64,000 nucleotides of DNA from Callorhinchus milii (lineage: Eukaryota), in the NCBI RefSeq assembly GCF_018977255.1, contig NW_024704743.1:61320001-61384000 (forward strand), given 5' to 3'. Numbering within the stretch: position 1 is the stretch's first letter; every line of letters starts with the position of its first letter. The position numbers were made by a program, and so were the translations under genes. This document shows positions 1 to 13,633 of the stretch, piece after piece. Below the pieces are notes generated by a model. It was not told the DNA's origin and searched no databases. It saw nothing but the letters and a program-made list of their open reading frames with translations.

Positions 1-1623
1 ATATAGCGCCCTCCACGCCGAATGGCATCTCAGAGCACTGCTGTCTGAGCCTCAAAGACAACCAAACACAAATTACAGCATCCCCTATTCAAGCCTGGCA
101 CTCTGTTCTCCACGCTGTTACACGTGAACCAGGGTTATAATGAAACATATGAGGCTCCATTGTATTTCCCTTGATGCTGCTTGAAACAATTATGTAATTT
201 GTGATATTTGGCAAAGAATGGGAAACAATAATTGAGATTTTCATTCCTCAATATTTGCCATATTCTAATTTTAATTATTAGCAAATTTCAAAAAGACCAA
301 AGAGCAAATCTCTACCTCCTCACCGCTGTCAGCTTTCACTCTGCCCTTTTCTTAAACTCTTTGGCAGCCATTTAGGAATCCAGTTTACAAACAGTGAAAA
401 TGTGATGGCAAAACAGGAGTTGCAAATTTTGCACTTTTCCATATATATTCCTTCCAAAATATTTTTCTCTGATTAAGTCACAAGCTTTCTGTTTATGAGC
501 AACGTTTTAATTTTCAGTATGAAAACCCGCAGTCATTTCTGACCCAAATGAAGACGTAGAAAATCTAAAAATTGCATCTTTCCCCAGTTCTTATCGACAC
601 ATGAGAACTTTAATGGCTCAACTATAAGAACCTAAAAGGCATTAAATGAACAAAGGGCCCACTCTGTAAAATATTCAAGACCTACCTAATAGTGGACTTT
701 GCTTTACTCACTATTACTCTTTGGAAACGTTTTGTATAGCTGCTGTCTGGGCCTCGAAGACAACCAAACACAAATTACAGCATCCCCTATTCAAACCTGG
801 CATGCTGTTCTCCATAGGCTATCTGTTACCATAAGAGTCTCACATGGAATGACTGGAAAAATTCAACCCAGTGTTTAGCAGGCATCGGCTCATAAATCTT
901 GATTCAGCTACAAATTGCCAATTTTACTCAAAAGAGTGAGAAAAGGAAAGTGCCACTCAGTTGATATTTTGAAATCGGCCAGAGGAGAAGACACTTTACT
1001 TTCTATCTAACCTAAAAATGTTTGATGCTGGCAAGTGTTCCAATTCCCAGTGAATATATTGCTCACCTTAATAGACATAAAATGTCATATAGAAAATGAA
1101 GGGCATAGGAAAACAGAAAAAGGCCATTCACCTCATTGAGCCTGTTCACTAGTTTAGTAGATCTTAGCAGATATTTTAGTTACCATGGCTTACCCTTTGG
1201 CTATATCCCTTTATACTTCTACTACCCAAGTGTCTCTCTTTTAAACAACTATATTGAATCCACTCATCTGTGTATGCCATGTCATTTACCTATGTTAAAA
1301 CCAAGACAAGTAGACCGGAGGTCAGCAAGCCTTTTTTCACACAGCAATGAGGAATACTCTGCCCCAGAAAGTTATAGAGGTGGATTCAATAAGGATATTT
1401 AAAAGAGAAATCAGCTGATACTTGGGTTGTACAGGTATGAAAAGATGAAAGGGTGAGACATTAGGATTAAAAGATCTGCCCAAATCTAATAAACTGGTGG
1501 AGTAGGCGCGATGGCCTGAATGGCCTCATCTTGTTACTGTTTTCCTATGTTCCTAAACAATGCAGTTTTCACAAACAATTTTCACAAGTTGATTGTTGTT
1601 TCCATTTTGCACTGCGATTCACT

Positions 1624-1990
1624 AACAACAACAACTTGCATTTATATAGCGCCCTCCACGCTGGGCGGCGTCTCAAAGTGCTTAACAATGGTGGAACTCG
1701 AGACCCAGCCAGGGGGAGGGGGAAAGTGACCGTAGGCGCAGTCAAAGATGAAGGTTTTCGGGCGCGACCTGAAGATGGAGAAGGAGGGGATGAGGCAAAG
1801 GGGTTGACGGGGGGAGTTCCAAAGTTTTGGGGCGTAGTGGCTGAAGGCACAGCCGCCGAATGTGAAGCAGAGGATTCGGGGGACGCGGAGGAGGCCGGAC
1901 CCAGTAGAATGGAGGCAGCGGGTACTGCTGTGGGGAGAGAGGAGGTTACAGAGATAGGGGGCTGCCAAGGAATAGAGCAATTTAAACACT
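1624..1990 (-). mobile_element. L2 3' fragment, older subfamily (GGAGGGCGCT-type 3' end)
   Basis: ORF 1642..2010 (LAAPYLCNLLSP...GGCAFSHYAPKLWNS). (CAA)n tail at the left end. Confidence 0.85.
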
Positions 1991-2012
1991 AACAAATTAT
2001 GATGTAACATTT

Positions 2013-2535
2013 AACAAAAACAAAATTACATTTGTGTAGCGCCTTTCACGTCGGGAGGACAGCCCAAGGAGCTAACAATCAGCTTGGACTCGAGCTGGGG
2101 ATCGGGATCAGGGAAGGTGCGGGCAGTGGGGGAAGGGGGGTGACTGAAGACACAATCAAAGAGGAGGGTCTTGAAACGGGTCTTGAAGGAGGCAAGGGAG
2201 GGGGCGAGGCAGAGGGACTGTGGGATGGAGTTCCAGAGGTTGGGAGTAAAGTGGCTGAAGGCCCGCCAACGGTGGGGCAGGAAAAGTGGGGGACGTGAAG
2301 CAGGCTGGAGCCTGCTGAGTGGAGGGAGCTGGCAGGTTGGTAGAGGGATAGGAGGTCACAGAAGTAGGGGGGAGCAAGACCACGGAGGGGTTTGAAGGTG
2401 AGGACCAGGATCTTGAACTGTATCCTCTGTGTGATGGGAACCCAGTGGAGTCGAGCGAGGATCGGAGTGATAGGTTCATGGAGCCTGGTGCAGGAGAGGA
2501 TATTGGCTGCAGAGTTCTGGATGATCTGCACATAC
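2013..2535 (-). mobile_element. L2 3' fragment
   Basis: ORF 2079..2561 (IQNSAANIL...ITPILARLHWVPITQRIQFKIL). L2 3' end at 2030-2060. Confidence 0.85.
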
Positions 2536-4363
2536 TGCAATGCACATACTGAAGTTCCCAAAGCCTTGGCTCATATCAACCTGTGCCTATTACTTTCTGA
2601 GACTAGGTATGCAGAGCGCATCCTTCCAGGGAGAGAGTGTGCATCCCAGGGAAATCTGCATGTTTAGGTGGCATACATATGTAGAACTTTCAGTCTTGTT
2701 TGTATGCTCTCAAACATGGTGATGGGTTTCTGCATGTGTCAGACACCTGGCTGACCAAACCAAAAACTAGCACAGAAGTGTCCACTTTTTTTAAATGCTG
2801 CTTTTTAGACTGCAATTTACACCGGAAACCTACCGTTAAACACTCCACAAATCAGACCTGACATGAAAAATACTTGAATAAAAAAAATTGGTTATCAAGA
2901 TTAGCAAAGGGGGAAGATTATTTACATCGATCGATGTTAGGTGAAGACCGTGCTTTTGATCAGCCTCCTTCCCCCCAGCCATCCTGCCCCCCCGCCCTCC
3001 CCAATCCCGACCCCCAGCTTGGGTCCGAAACACTGATTGTCCAGCCCTTGGCACATCCTCCTGATGTGAAAGGCGCTATACAAATGTAATTTTGTTGTTG
3101 TTGTTGAAGAATAACCTGCAAGGGTAAGGGAAAATGCAGGTAAATACCTCATTCATCTGTCAAATTAGATGTTAAATCATGTCTGTCTGTTCCAGAGCAC
3201 TAATCAAAAAGAGAAGGGAATTCTTCCCAGTGTCCAACAATCCCCCAGATAAAAGTGGTCTTTCACTTCACGAATGTTTATGATTCATTATTGTGTTCAA
3301 ATTGGCTACTGCTTTTGCCTACAAAGAGACAGTTATTACATTTTACAGTAAATCCTGTGAAAAACATTGAGACGATTTGACAACATAATAAGGCCCTATA
3401 TGAAATTAAAAGCATTATTATTAAACGGGACTGAATGGATTGCTCTTTCAAAGACTTGATGGGCTGAAATGCCGTCTTCTGTGCTGGTAATTTCTATGGT
3501 TCTATACTTTTAATTAGCTCTTTCCTGAAGTGAAACATGCAACACAAATATTGGGCTAAGCATTTGGTTCTGTCACTCACTCATGGGATAATTTTTGCAT
3601 TGAATGATTGAACATTGAATATTTGCTGTGCACATAAGCTTTTTAAATGCATTAACAAAATCCCCTGTACCTCACTGCAATGATATTCAAATATTAACTG
3701 GCTGATGAGATCTTATCAAGCAAATTCAACAAACTTGATGCTTATTTTCACCAACCTCATTTCTCGCATTACTTAACAGTTCAACTAAAAATAATTACGC
3801 AGGTTGAAGTATGAATATTATTCCAGAATCCTTTCCTGTCTATCTGAAGTACATCATAACTCTCAGTTCAAGTCTTGTATGTCCTTTTACTTGATTGACA
3901 GCCTTTGGGATTTACAGATTAACAAGGATGCATCACTTCACTCTCTGACCTCTTTAAGTAGTTTCCATAGAAAACCAGCTGGGAAGTGAGCAAAAGGTTG
4001 GTTCTGGATAGACAAACTCTCCCTCAGCAATGTCTGTGGTAGAACATTCTTTAATTTAACATCCAAGCATAAGCTTATCTGTATTTTTCAGAAGTTGCTA
4101 ATGAAAGACTTCATGTTCAAACCAATTACTTTAAATATTTAATGCCCTTCTTAAAGTGTATTTGCACTTCAAAGCAGTGACTCACTTTGGCCGTTCAGCC
4201 AGTGAAAAATACCTAAAATGAATATGCAGCAAAAGTGTCTTGAAATGAAGGAATGGAAAATAATAAGAATCATAATCCTTGCATTTGATATAACGACTCA
4301 TCTTCGAGACGTCTCAAAGTGCTTCACAGAATATACTGTAAAGTGAATTGGCTACATATTTTG

Positions 4364-4441
4364 GAAAATACAAGGTTTCTGATTCTGATTTCCTCAAAAA
4401 GAAAATACAAGGTTTCTGATTCTGATTTCCTCAAAAAGAAA
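4364..4441. repeat. Perfect tandem duplication of a 37-bp unit
   Basis: GAAAATACAAGGTTTCTGATTCTGATTTCCTCAAAAA at 4364 and 4401. Confidence 0.9.
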
Positions 4442-5514
4442 TTTGAACATTTCAACAACTGGTCTTATGCTGGGAGTTTGCTTTTCTATTGTAAAACTGC
4501 TCTAGACTGGATGTCACTCTCACGTAGAATAATGACGTGTAGGATTTGGAGCTAATTCACATTTGATCGGTTTGATCAAAGGAAGAAAATCAAACATTGA
4601 ACAATTCTAGCTCTGAAAAATACCATCTTCTTTCAAAAAGTTCCAGCTGATATGTTGTGTTATTGTGTTTGTAATTTTGTTTTCCACTGATAAAACATAA
4701 TGGTTTTAACAGCTTTGGAGTCTGGGAACACTGAGCCAATTTACATTGAGCCAAATATCACTTGTCTATAAATACATAGTCACTACACTTTACAGCAATA
4801 TCATGTGAAGCACTTTGATATGCTACGAGGACATGATAAGGCACTATTTCAAATGCAAGGGGTTGTATTACCGTTTCCAAGTATCTGAACTGAAGATGAG
4901 ATTTGAAGGTATTTGGTGATATAGGAATTAGCCTGTTAAGGGAATGATTCTTCAATAGTGTTTGGAACATAGCAAAACAGGAACAACAACAACTTGCACG
5001 TATAAAGTGACTTCCACGCAGAGAAGCGTCTCAGAGCACTGGAGCAGCGCCATGGGAATAGGAAGAGGATATACCGCTTAATGCCTCTACTACCTGAGAA
5101 TCTATCTATTTCTCCACTGCTATCTTTCCATATGGCACCCTTCATGTGGGTAACATCCTGGTGCTTGATGTCCAGCCAGTGGGAAGGGTGGGGGTTGGTG
5201 GGGGGGCAGGATAAGGTGACCGAAGACACAGTCAAAGGGAAGTCTTCATGTGTAAAGAGCAGAACATTCCACACTTCACAACCCGGTGTCTGTGTGGTTC
5301 ATGTTATTATGTAATTTATCTACATCAGAACCAAGACAGTGAGAAATGAGGTCAAGAAGCTTTTTGTGAGTTTGTGAAGATGTGGAATGCTGTACCCCAG
5401 AAAACTTGGAACCGATAACTTTAACCAAAGATGCAAAGCACCATGATGGTGATGTTCCAGAAAGATGCAGTTACCTGTGCATTATTATGCAACATTCGCC
5501 TACAAATACACAGT

Positions 5515-5940
5515 GTGTCAACCTGGATCACTTGGTAGCATTCTCGCCTCTGAGCCAGAAGATTGTGGATTCAAATCCCACATCGGTATTTTGAACTCAA
5601 ACTCGTCTAAGCTGACACCCAATAGTGGTGTTCTACATCCTTCAGACTAGATGTTAAACCCTCTGACTCTATAGATGGATATTAAAGATAGTAAAGATAG
5701 AACAGTGCTGTTCAAAAAGAGAAGGGGGTTTCTCCTGGTGTCCTGGCCAACATCCTCCAAATAATATGGATCATTCACTTCATGACTTGTTTGTGGAACA
5801 CCGTAGTAAGCACATTATCTGCCATATTCATCTACAAATTAGGCAGTCACTATACTTTACAGTATATCCTGTGAAGCTATTTGTGACATCCGACTGACAT
5901 GAAAGTCGTTATAACAATTGTAAGGATTATTATTATTATA
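5515..5940 (+). mobile_element. Older Deu-domain SINE (decayed)
   Basis: Colinear with 10005..10445. Other decayed copies at ~3160-3420, 10545-10760, 19520-19720, 31030-31175(-), 36110-36350, 39600-39800, 47870-48130(-) and 63600-63760. Confidence 0.65.
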
Positions 5941-6755
5941 TACTGTGAATGTTTTGAAACATTCCCCTAATGTGAAGGAATTTATATCAAATGTAAGGAT
6001 TATTATTATTACTATACTTGCTGAAAAATCCTGTGAAGTACTTTGAAATTTTTGAAAACATGATAAAGCACTAATCTTGTACTGAAGAGGAATGTGAAAG
6101 AGAACTACAGGTCTCAATTGTCATCCTCAAATAGTTCAATGACTGCAACACTGACCTGAAGTGATTTACAACTCTTGACACAATAGAAAATACAATTGCC
6201 TTTAATATCTTATTCCTACTCACTTTTAACCGGAAACTGCCTTTCAAAATTTATCATTTGATCTGTTTGCGAAAAAGAGTGCAAAAATATTCAATGGCCT
6301 GTAAAAATTCTTAATCCAATATCTGATTTGGATTGAATAACACTCAAACCTTCCAGGGTGCTTTACACTACACAAACAACAACAACATTACATTTATATA
6401 GTGCCTTTCATGTCGGAAGATAATAGTGACTGCCATAAAGTAAACAGAAACTGTCAGCAAATGGATGTTTTCTGCGTTATTAAGATTTATATTTTATTAC
6501 ATCCAAATCACATTTTTACTGAATCTGCTTGAATATTTTAGATGCTAAAACACATATTTTGCAAACGACACGTGCTTTGCTTCAGCGATGAACAATTATG
6601 GTGACTTATTTCTACAGAAATAAAATTATATAGCAGTTTCATGTATTCAATAGATAACAGTACAGAAGGAGCAAACCTTTTACTGTATTCCTAAATAATA
6701 TTTTCACACTTCATGAATAACAGTAAGCATCAGAAATGAATTATTCTGTCTGCAA

Positions 6756-7325
6756 ATGTGGTATGATAGTTACAATTGTGAGCATATATTTGATGTGTAT
6801 ATATGGTGTAAATATCTAATGTGGTGTATATGTGGTGGCTGTGTATATGTAATATGTGTGGATGTGAAGTATGTGTTTCTGTGGTGGGTATAAATATGTG
6901 ATGTGTGTGAATATGTGATGGGTGTGTATGTGAAATGTGCGTGTATACACGTGTGTATGTGTATATGTGATAGGCTCTATGTTTGTGGTGTATGTGTATG
7001 TATGTGAGGGAGTATATATATATATGTTTTGCCCACAAATATACAGTCAATTCACTTTACAGCATATTCTGTGAAGCGCTTTGAGACATTTTGAAGACAT
7101 GAAAAGCGCTATATCAAATGCAAGGATTATTATTATATGGGGAGTATATGTGTGGTTATGTACGTGTAATGTGTATATAAGTGGTGTATGTGTAAATGCG
7201 GTGTGATGTACATTTGATGTATGTGTAATGAGTGAGTATATGTGGTATGTGTAGAGATGTGGTGGGTATTTATATGCAGTGGATGTGGTGTGTATAAGTG
7301 TAATGTGTGCGAATGGGGTGTGAAG
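6756..7325. repeat. Degenerate TG/TA-rich low-complexity tract, split by a SINE 3' fragment (7027..7137,+)
   Basis: Visible (TG)-rich composition. The H/T-rich ORFs here are artefacts. Confidence 0.85.
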
Positions 7326-8833
7326 AAGGTTCACATTGTTAAGGAAAGTCAGCTCTCAAAGGATTAATTAAAACAGTATCATTGGATTGGAAAAGATAAG
7401 CCTGACTAGTCCAAGCTGTTCCTGAAACAGTCATTTGAAGCAAAAGAAACCCGTTACTGAAATCTTATAATGAAGTTAAATAAACATATGTCAGTATCTT
7501 GGAAGATAGTTCAGTTCACAGTGGATTCTAAGTGATAAATACACCCGCAAAATACAATCACTACACTTTACAGTAAATGCTGCGAAGATCTTTGATTTGA
7601 TATGTCCTCCTGATGTGAAATCAAATACATCAAATGCAATATGTGTTATTAGAATGTTATTATTGTAAATTGACTATGCAATAATATTACAATAATAATA
7701 ATAATCCTTGCAGCCAATTGCGCACAGCAGCGTCCCACAAACAGTTGTGGATTGAATGACCAAATTATTATTATTTATTATTCTTAATAAAGCATGGCCT
7801 ACTGCTGTTCCTATGTTTCTATCATATACTCCTGATTGCTCTACCAGGAAAGACTATCCCTCCCCTCTACACCAAAGTCCTGTCACAATCTGGAAACAGC
7901 TCCACGAGGACAGACCCACAAGAAATCTGCGAGAGACACAGTAAAATGGAAGATGGAATTTCTGCTTTGTTTGTAACTGTTCCACATCTGTTGCTCGGGA
8001 GAATGATTATACAGCATAATATTTGGTGTATACAAATTTATGGAAAAAAGAGCACTCAAAATTAAAAAGGGCTATTAAAAAAGAGAGTATTTTATGGATT
8101 CTGAAGGCAATTTTAGGACAGATGCCAGAACATTTTTCTTCACTCAGAGGGTAATCAACGATGGAACAGGTTACCAGGAAAGGTGTTTGAAGCCAGGACA
8201 CTGGTTGATGCTGTGATGCAGGGACAGAAGGATGAGATTGGATAGACCAAAGGGCCTTCTTCATCCAAACCAATCTTCTGATCCTGTGATTATAAATAGA
8301 ATTTACTGAAGAATCCTGCATTAAATGAGAGTAGACGTGGGTGGTGCAGTCATAAAATAAAAACTGGTAAAAGACTGCTGATCGGTCACAGGGGAACAAA
8401 CACATGGCTCTAGAAAGTGTCACGTCAAACTGGAGAAGAGATCAGAAGCATGCTCCTGGGAACTGCTTGCTTGATGTCTGTGGTGAGGAAAATAATTGAA
8501 TATATTACGAGGAAATAATTTAAGGGCATTCAACGAGAATTAAAATAACACATAATTGCAGAAATTGAAAAGAAAGTCAAGCTTATTAAGTTTCTTCGAA
8601 TTCTTTGAGGGTGTCAAAAAACTGCTAAAATAAACCTGAGCAGTGACTACCCTACATCTTTGGTTCTCAGAATATACTGAATGAGCTCTTGCAGGATTGA
8701 AGGTAGAGTTCTAAACTAGTTAATTGATACAGTTAATAGGAAACAACAGCCACTTGGCAATGCGAGTACAGTGGGTGGTAAAGCAGGAGTTCTAATATGA
8801 TATCAGTGACCAGGGAACTCCCCTGGGGATTTA

Positions 8834-9440
8834 TCAAGGCTGGACTATGGGAACTCTCTCCTCGCCGGCCTTCCCTCCACAAGCTGCAGGTCATTCAGAA
8901 CTCTGCAGCTCGTGTACTGTTCCGCACCAGGCTTCGGGACCACATCATTCCCACCCTCGCTCGCCTCCACTGGCTCCCCATCCCCCAGAGGATTGATTTA
9001 AAGATCCTCATCCTCACCTACAAGGCCATCCACGGCCTTGCTCCCTCCTACCTCTCTGACCTACTATCCCCCTACTTACCTGCCCGTACCCTCCGTTCCT
9101 CCGGCTCCGGTCTGCTCCACGTCCCCCGCCCCAATCGCCCTACCATTGGTGGTCGGGCCTTCAGCCTCTCAGCCCCGAGGCTCTGGAACTCTATGCCCCA
9201 GTGCCTTCTCCTTGCTTCCTCCCTCTCCTCCTTCAAGGCCGGTCTCAAAACCTTTCTCTTTGACCGAGCCTTCAGCTCCCCTCTCGACTCTCTTCCCCCT
9301 CCTCGCTCCCTCCCTTCCCTCCCCTCACCCTGACCATTTCCCCCCTGCTTGGGTCCTGACCCAACTGTGCAGCGCCTTGGGACGTCCTCCTGACGTGAAA
9401 GGCGCTTTATAAATGGAATCTTGTTGTTGTTGTTGTTGTT
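8834..9440 (+). mobile_element. 5'-truncated young L2 copy, near-identical to 13634..14297 but in the opposite orientation
   Basis: ORF 8797..9333 C-terminus matches the intact element. Ends in stem-loop + (TTG)n. Inserted into a decayed CR1-like RT remnant (FADD codons at ~9469-9480). Confidence 0.92.
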
Positions 9441-10004
9441 ATCCAATGCGTCACTACGGGTCAGGCTATTTGCTGATGACTTCAGTGAAGCTTTTGGAGT
9501 CGATTTTCTACACCCGTTATACAAAAATGTATTAAAACATTTTAGGTCTATCGTAAAACCTGAGTTTCAAAGTACTCTGTGTGGCTGAACTGTGGTTCTT
9601 TGTTATGTTTAGTGATAGAGGTGCAGCCAAACACAATGCAGAGTATAATGATCTGAAAGTGGACTCCTATGAGCAGCATTTGCATCTGGGTTAACCCAGC
9701 TGTGGAGAGTGCATTTTGAAGGTGAGAATGAAGCAAACGGGTACATATTTCTTCTCAATCTGTTGCTGGCTATTATAAAGCAATAATTGGCAAGTTACAA
9801 AAATGTAGTAGGCTGCCAGTACTTTGAGACCAGAGATCAACTATAACAGTTTGCATTTATACAGTGCTCTTCATACAGGGTAGGTCTCACTGAACCACTT
9901 TATCAACAGCATTTCATCAACTGGGTTCAATGGGTGACACATTCTCCTCTGGGTCAGAATAGTGAGTTCAAGCCCCATATTGGGATTTAAATTCATAAGT
10001 TTGT

Positions 10005-10445
10005 GTCAGCCTGACTCAGTTTGTAGCATTCTTGCCGCAGGGTCAGAGGTTGTGGGTCCAAGCCCCACATTGTGATTTTGAAACACATATCGAGGCTATG
10101 CCGACACTGAAGTGCAGCACTGGGAATGTGATACATTGTCGGAGGTGTCGTCCTTCGGGTGAGACATTAAACCGAGGTACCACCTGCCTGTTCAAATGGA
10201 TGTTAAAGATCCCATGGCACTATTTGATAAGGGAAGGGAGTTCCTCCCTGTGTCCTGGCCAACAATCCCCCAAAACAAAATTGGTTGTTCACTTCATGGC
10301 TGTTTGTGGGACATTGCTGTGCACAAATTGGCTTCTGCGTCACAAAACATGCACAATCACACCACTTTACAGTATATTCTGTGAAGTGCTTTGAGACATC
10401 TTGATTGTGTGATACGGTATTAGATGAAATGTAAGACTTATTATT
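10005..10445 (+). mobile_element. Older Deu-domain SINE (SacSINE1/AmnSINE-like)
   Basis: tRNA-like head, then GGAGGTGTCGTCCTTCGGGTGAGACATTAAACCGAGG...GGATGTTAAAGATCCCATGGCACTATT...GTGTCCTGGCCAA, which resembles the Deu domain as I recall it, and an L2-type tail. Confidence 0.75.
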
Positions 10446-12112
10446 TTTAACAATAAGGCAGCCTGATGAACATAATCCAGCTGTGGTGTTTGCTCATAGG
10501 CTGCCACTGCTTTACTACTGGTAACTTCTGTATGCTTGTTTCCAACCTTGATTCAGTTGGCAGCACTCTTGCCTCTGAGTTAGAAGGTTGTGGGATCAAG
10601 CCACACATTGGGACTTTGAGCTGATATTCCAGGCTAACACTGTATTATTATTATTATTACAGTGCCGGTGTGTGCTGCATCAATCTGCAGATAAAATGTA
10701 GTTATTCACTTCATGGCTGTTTGTGGGACATTGCTGTGCACAAATTGGCTGCTGTGTTTATTATTATGAATAGTTATTAATTAACAACATGATTTTCTGA
10801 TATACTGCACAAAGCCTTATCAGCCAGTCAAATATTTATTAGGCTATGTTTTTGGCGATGAGGTGCTTTTTCACACTGCTGCTCTGTTTCTCTCTTTCTT
10901 TGCCTCCACATTTAAATATCCAAGAGTCTATGTTTGATATATATTCCATCTGCACTTCTTTACCTCTGTACTCCCCTGGGATATTATTGGTTAGCTTCAT
11001 TGCCAGAATTTTATCTGCATCTGGGTTCTTGTGTCACAGCAAACAATGTAAATTTAGCTACACGGAAGAAATTCCGACAATCACATGACGAGCTCTGAAA
11101 GGAATACATGACCAGCTATGAAAAGATATCCTACTGACGTGAAACGCGCTATACAAATGTAATTTTGTTGTTGTTGTTGATGACCATGGTGTTTAGACAG
11201 AGGAAGTGCACAGTATTGTGAGTGACATGGATATATACTGTCTGACACAGGTAGGATTCATTCTCACAGGTTGCTACTACTTCATAGCTATTGCTGCATT
11301 GTGCCAATGAAGTTATTTTCATTGCTCTTATGTGACTTCATCACACAAGCCAGATCTGAAAAGTATTAAAATACGATCCCAGTGCAATTTCTATGTTGTA
11401 GTTAAAATAAAATCAGGTCTATCGATCACATCTTGAAGCAAGTTTTCAAAAGCCATCAGCCTGGAATGGCAATCTGTGCATTGGTGTGATCAGAAACTTT
11501 TCTGAAAAATAAAGCCTGTTAGCCTGGCACTCTCGCTTTTGAGTTACAAGTTTCAAAAGGTATGATTTCAAGCCACATATCAGAACTTTGAGTTCACAGT
11601 TCACATTCTGATGACACTTCAATGTTCAATGAATCTTCCTAAAATATGCTTACTGCTCTATAATTTCAAACTGTAATTTATCCCCATATTGTGCCTTTAC
11701 ATCTCAGTTGGGACGATGGAACATTGTAGATTTCAGGGATTTCACTACAGAAACATTCAACGCTGTTCAAGAGAGACTTGTAGTAAACTGACAGACATCT
11801 GTGCTGATAGATAAATCTTCTTCAAAGCAGAAGCCTCTGCTTCAACAAAGTGCTCCAGCTAGTCACTTGGTGAAACCTGTGGAACCTCTTTGTGCTCCTA
11901 ATAAACTGTGGCCTTCTGAACAGGAGCCCAATCCTATCCTCAATGAGCTACCTGATCATTGTCAACAATGCGAGCTCAGCCGCGATGGCCTGAATGGCCT
12001 CCTTCTGTTCTGTAAAATTCTATGATTCTAATTGTTCTGAGTACCTTTTCCAACTCACATTTTCTGCTATAAAACACCACAAAAGGACATTCTGTGCATT
12101 TCTGTCCTGGGT

Positions 12113-12385
12113 TAATAATAATAATAATCCTTGCATTTGATATAGCGCTTTTAACGTCTTCTAGACATCTCAAAGCACTTCACAGAATATACTGTAAAGT
12201 GAATTGACTGTATATTTGTGGGCGAACGCGGCAGCCAATTGCACACAGCAATGTCCCACAAACCGTCGTGGATTGAAAATGACCAATTTATTATTGTTTT
12301 GTTTTTGGAGGGTTTATTATTAGGCGTGCGGAGTAAGGAAACTTGCCCAAGGTTTCGCCCTGCCTGGAATTGAACTCACGTCTCC
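12113..12385 (-). mobile_element. tRNA-derived SINE lacking the 5' part of the head
   Basis: Matches 43941..44212 on the same strand. Confidence 0.88.
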
Positions 12386-13246
12386 AGCATCCATTCACAC
12401 CAATGAAGACATCTCCACTGCTTAGGCCCCCTGAGGTAGAACAGTATGTCAGCTTGCTTTACAAGTGCTACTTTCGTCAACAGTTTTGAAGATGTAACTG
12501 AACAAGGATATCACATGACTTGAATATGTGATGGACAGACTTGGGCCTTGTACTCCAGGTACCTGGCACATTCTCCATTTCCATCACAGTTACTCGTGCT
12601 TAAACAATGTAAAGTTGAAATCCACAATATGGGACAACATTATTATTTTTAATACACATTTCCTGAGAAAAATTAAAAGTACTGTAGTGTTAATGCAATT
12701 CTTTGGTTCAGATCTGCTGTGTTCCTCAAAGGTATCTCTGATCACTCTAAGGTGTAAAATAGATTTGTTTCAAACTACAAGGCAACTCTATTATAACTCA
12801 CCTCCCGATAGCACAGCTATGCAATTAGATTGTGGATCCCAATATTTCTTACCTGAAAAATGTCCCCACACAAATCTGGTCACCGCACAAAAATGAGAGA
12901 TTACCAGAGTGTCAGATCACCAATGATGTCACTTGCTGTGTGCTCTGCTGTTGTTGTTTTGTGAAAGAAGTGACGTTAATAGCACTTACTGTGCAGAACG
13001 TGCAGGATGTTATGTCAGTACCAAAAGTCAGCCATATTATCATACCTCTTTATCACTCAGGGCCTGAGACTTTGGACCCAAATGACCACATTATAAAAGG
13101 ATTGCCCTGGAGTAGTTCAATTTTCTCCATTACATTAAACTTACCTACCGATTTCTCAGTAATACTTCTTCTTAGTGCCTAAACAGGAGTGTGACTTCCA
13201 AGTGGAACAGATGTCAACATGCCCAGTTATAAACCTGCAAACTGAC

Positions 13247-13369
13247 CTCCAGGGGGTATTCCTCCTCAGTCCTCTTCAGGGGATCCACCACCTGCCAGCA
13301 AATGAGGATGCAGAGATCGATGAGCAGCATGCCACCCACAATGATCATCAACTTCTGGTCCTTGATGAT
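13247..13369 (-). CDS. GABBR2: GABBR2 internal coding exon (123 nt, phase 0->0), [43 protein letters not shown]4 + start of ECL2
   Basis: Manual translation. Acceptor tttttctctcatcAG at 13370-13371, donor GTCAGT at 13241-13246. Confidence 0.96.
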
Positions 13370-13633
13370 CTGATGAGAGAGAAAAACAGGAACTCCTCAT
13401 CATATTCCTAGAATTCCAACCATTCCAGTGCAATTGGAGCTCGATTCATAAAATCAGTCAATGTTTTCCTCTTGTCCACCACTTCTCCTCTCACCTCTAC
13501 CAAAACGTTTGCAACTCAGGAGATCATTTGATCCCTTATCTCAGTGATGCCTGCTTCTCCAAACAGAGCTACTCTATCATCAACGCTATTTTTCCTCATA
13601 TATCTGATTTATCCGATTCCCCAACTCGGTGTC

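Noticed and set aside
6730..7334. His/Thr-rich ORFs (106 and 95 aa)
   Set aside because: Translations of a TG-rich low-complexity tract and a SINE tail.
1..13246. Next GABBR2 exon (ECL2/TM5, ...LEHCENTHMTIWLG...)
   Set aside because: Not found by eye; it probably lies beyond the left edge. A tblastn search would settle it.
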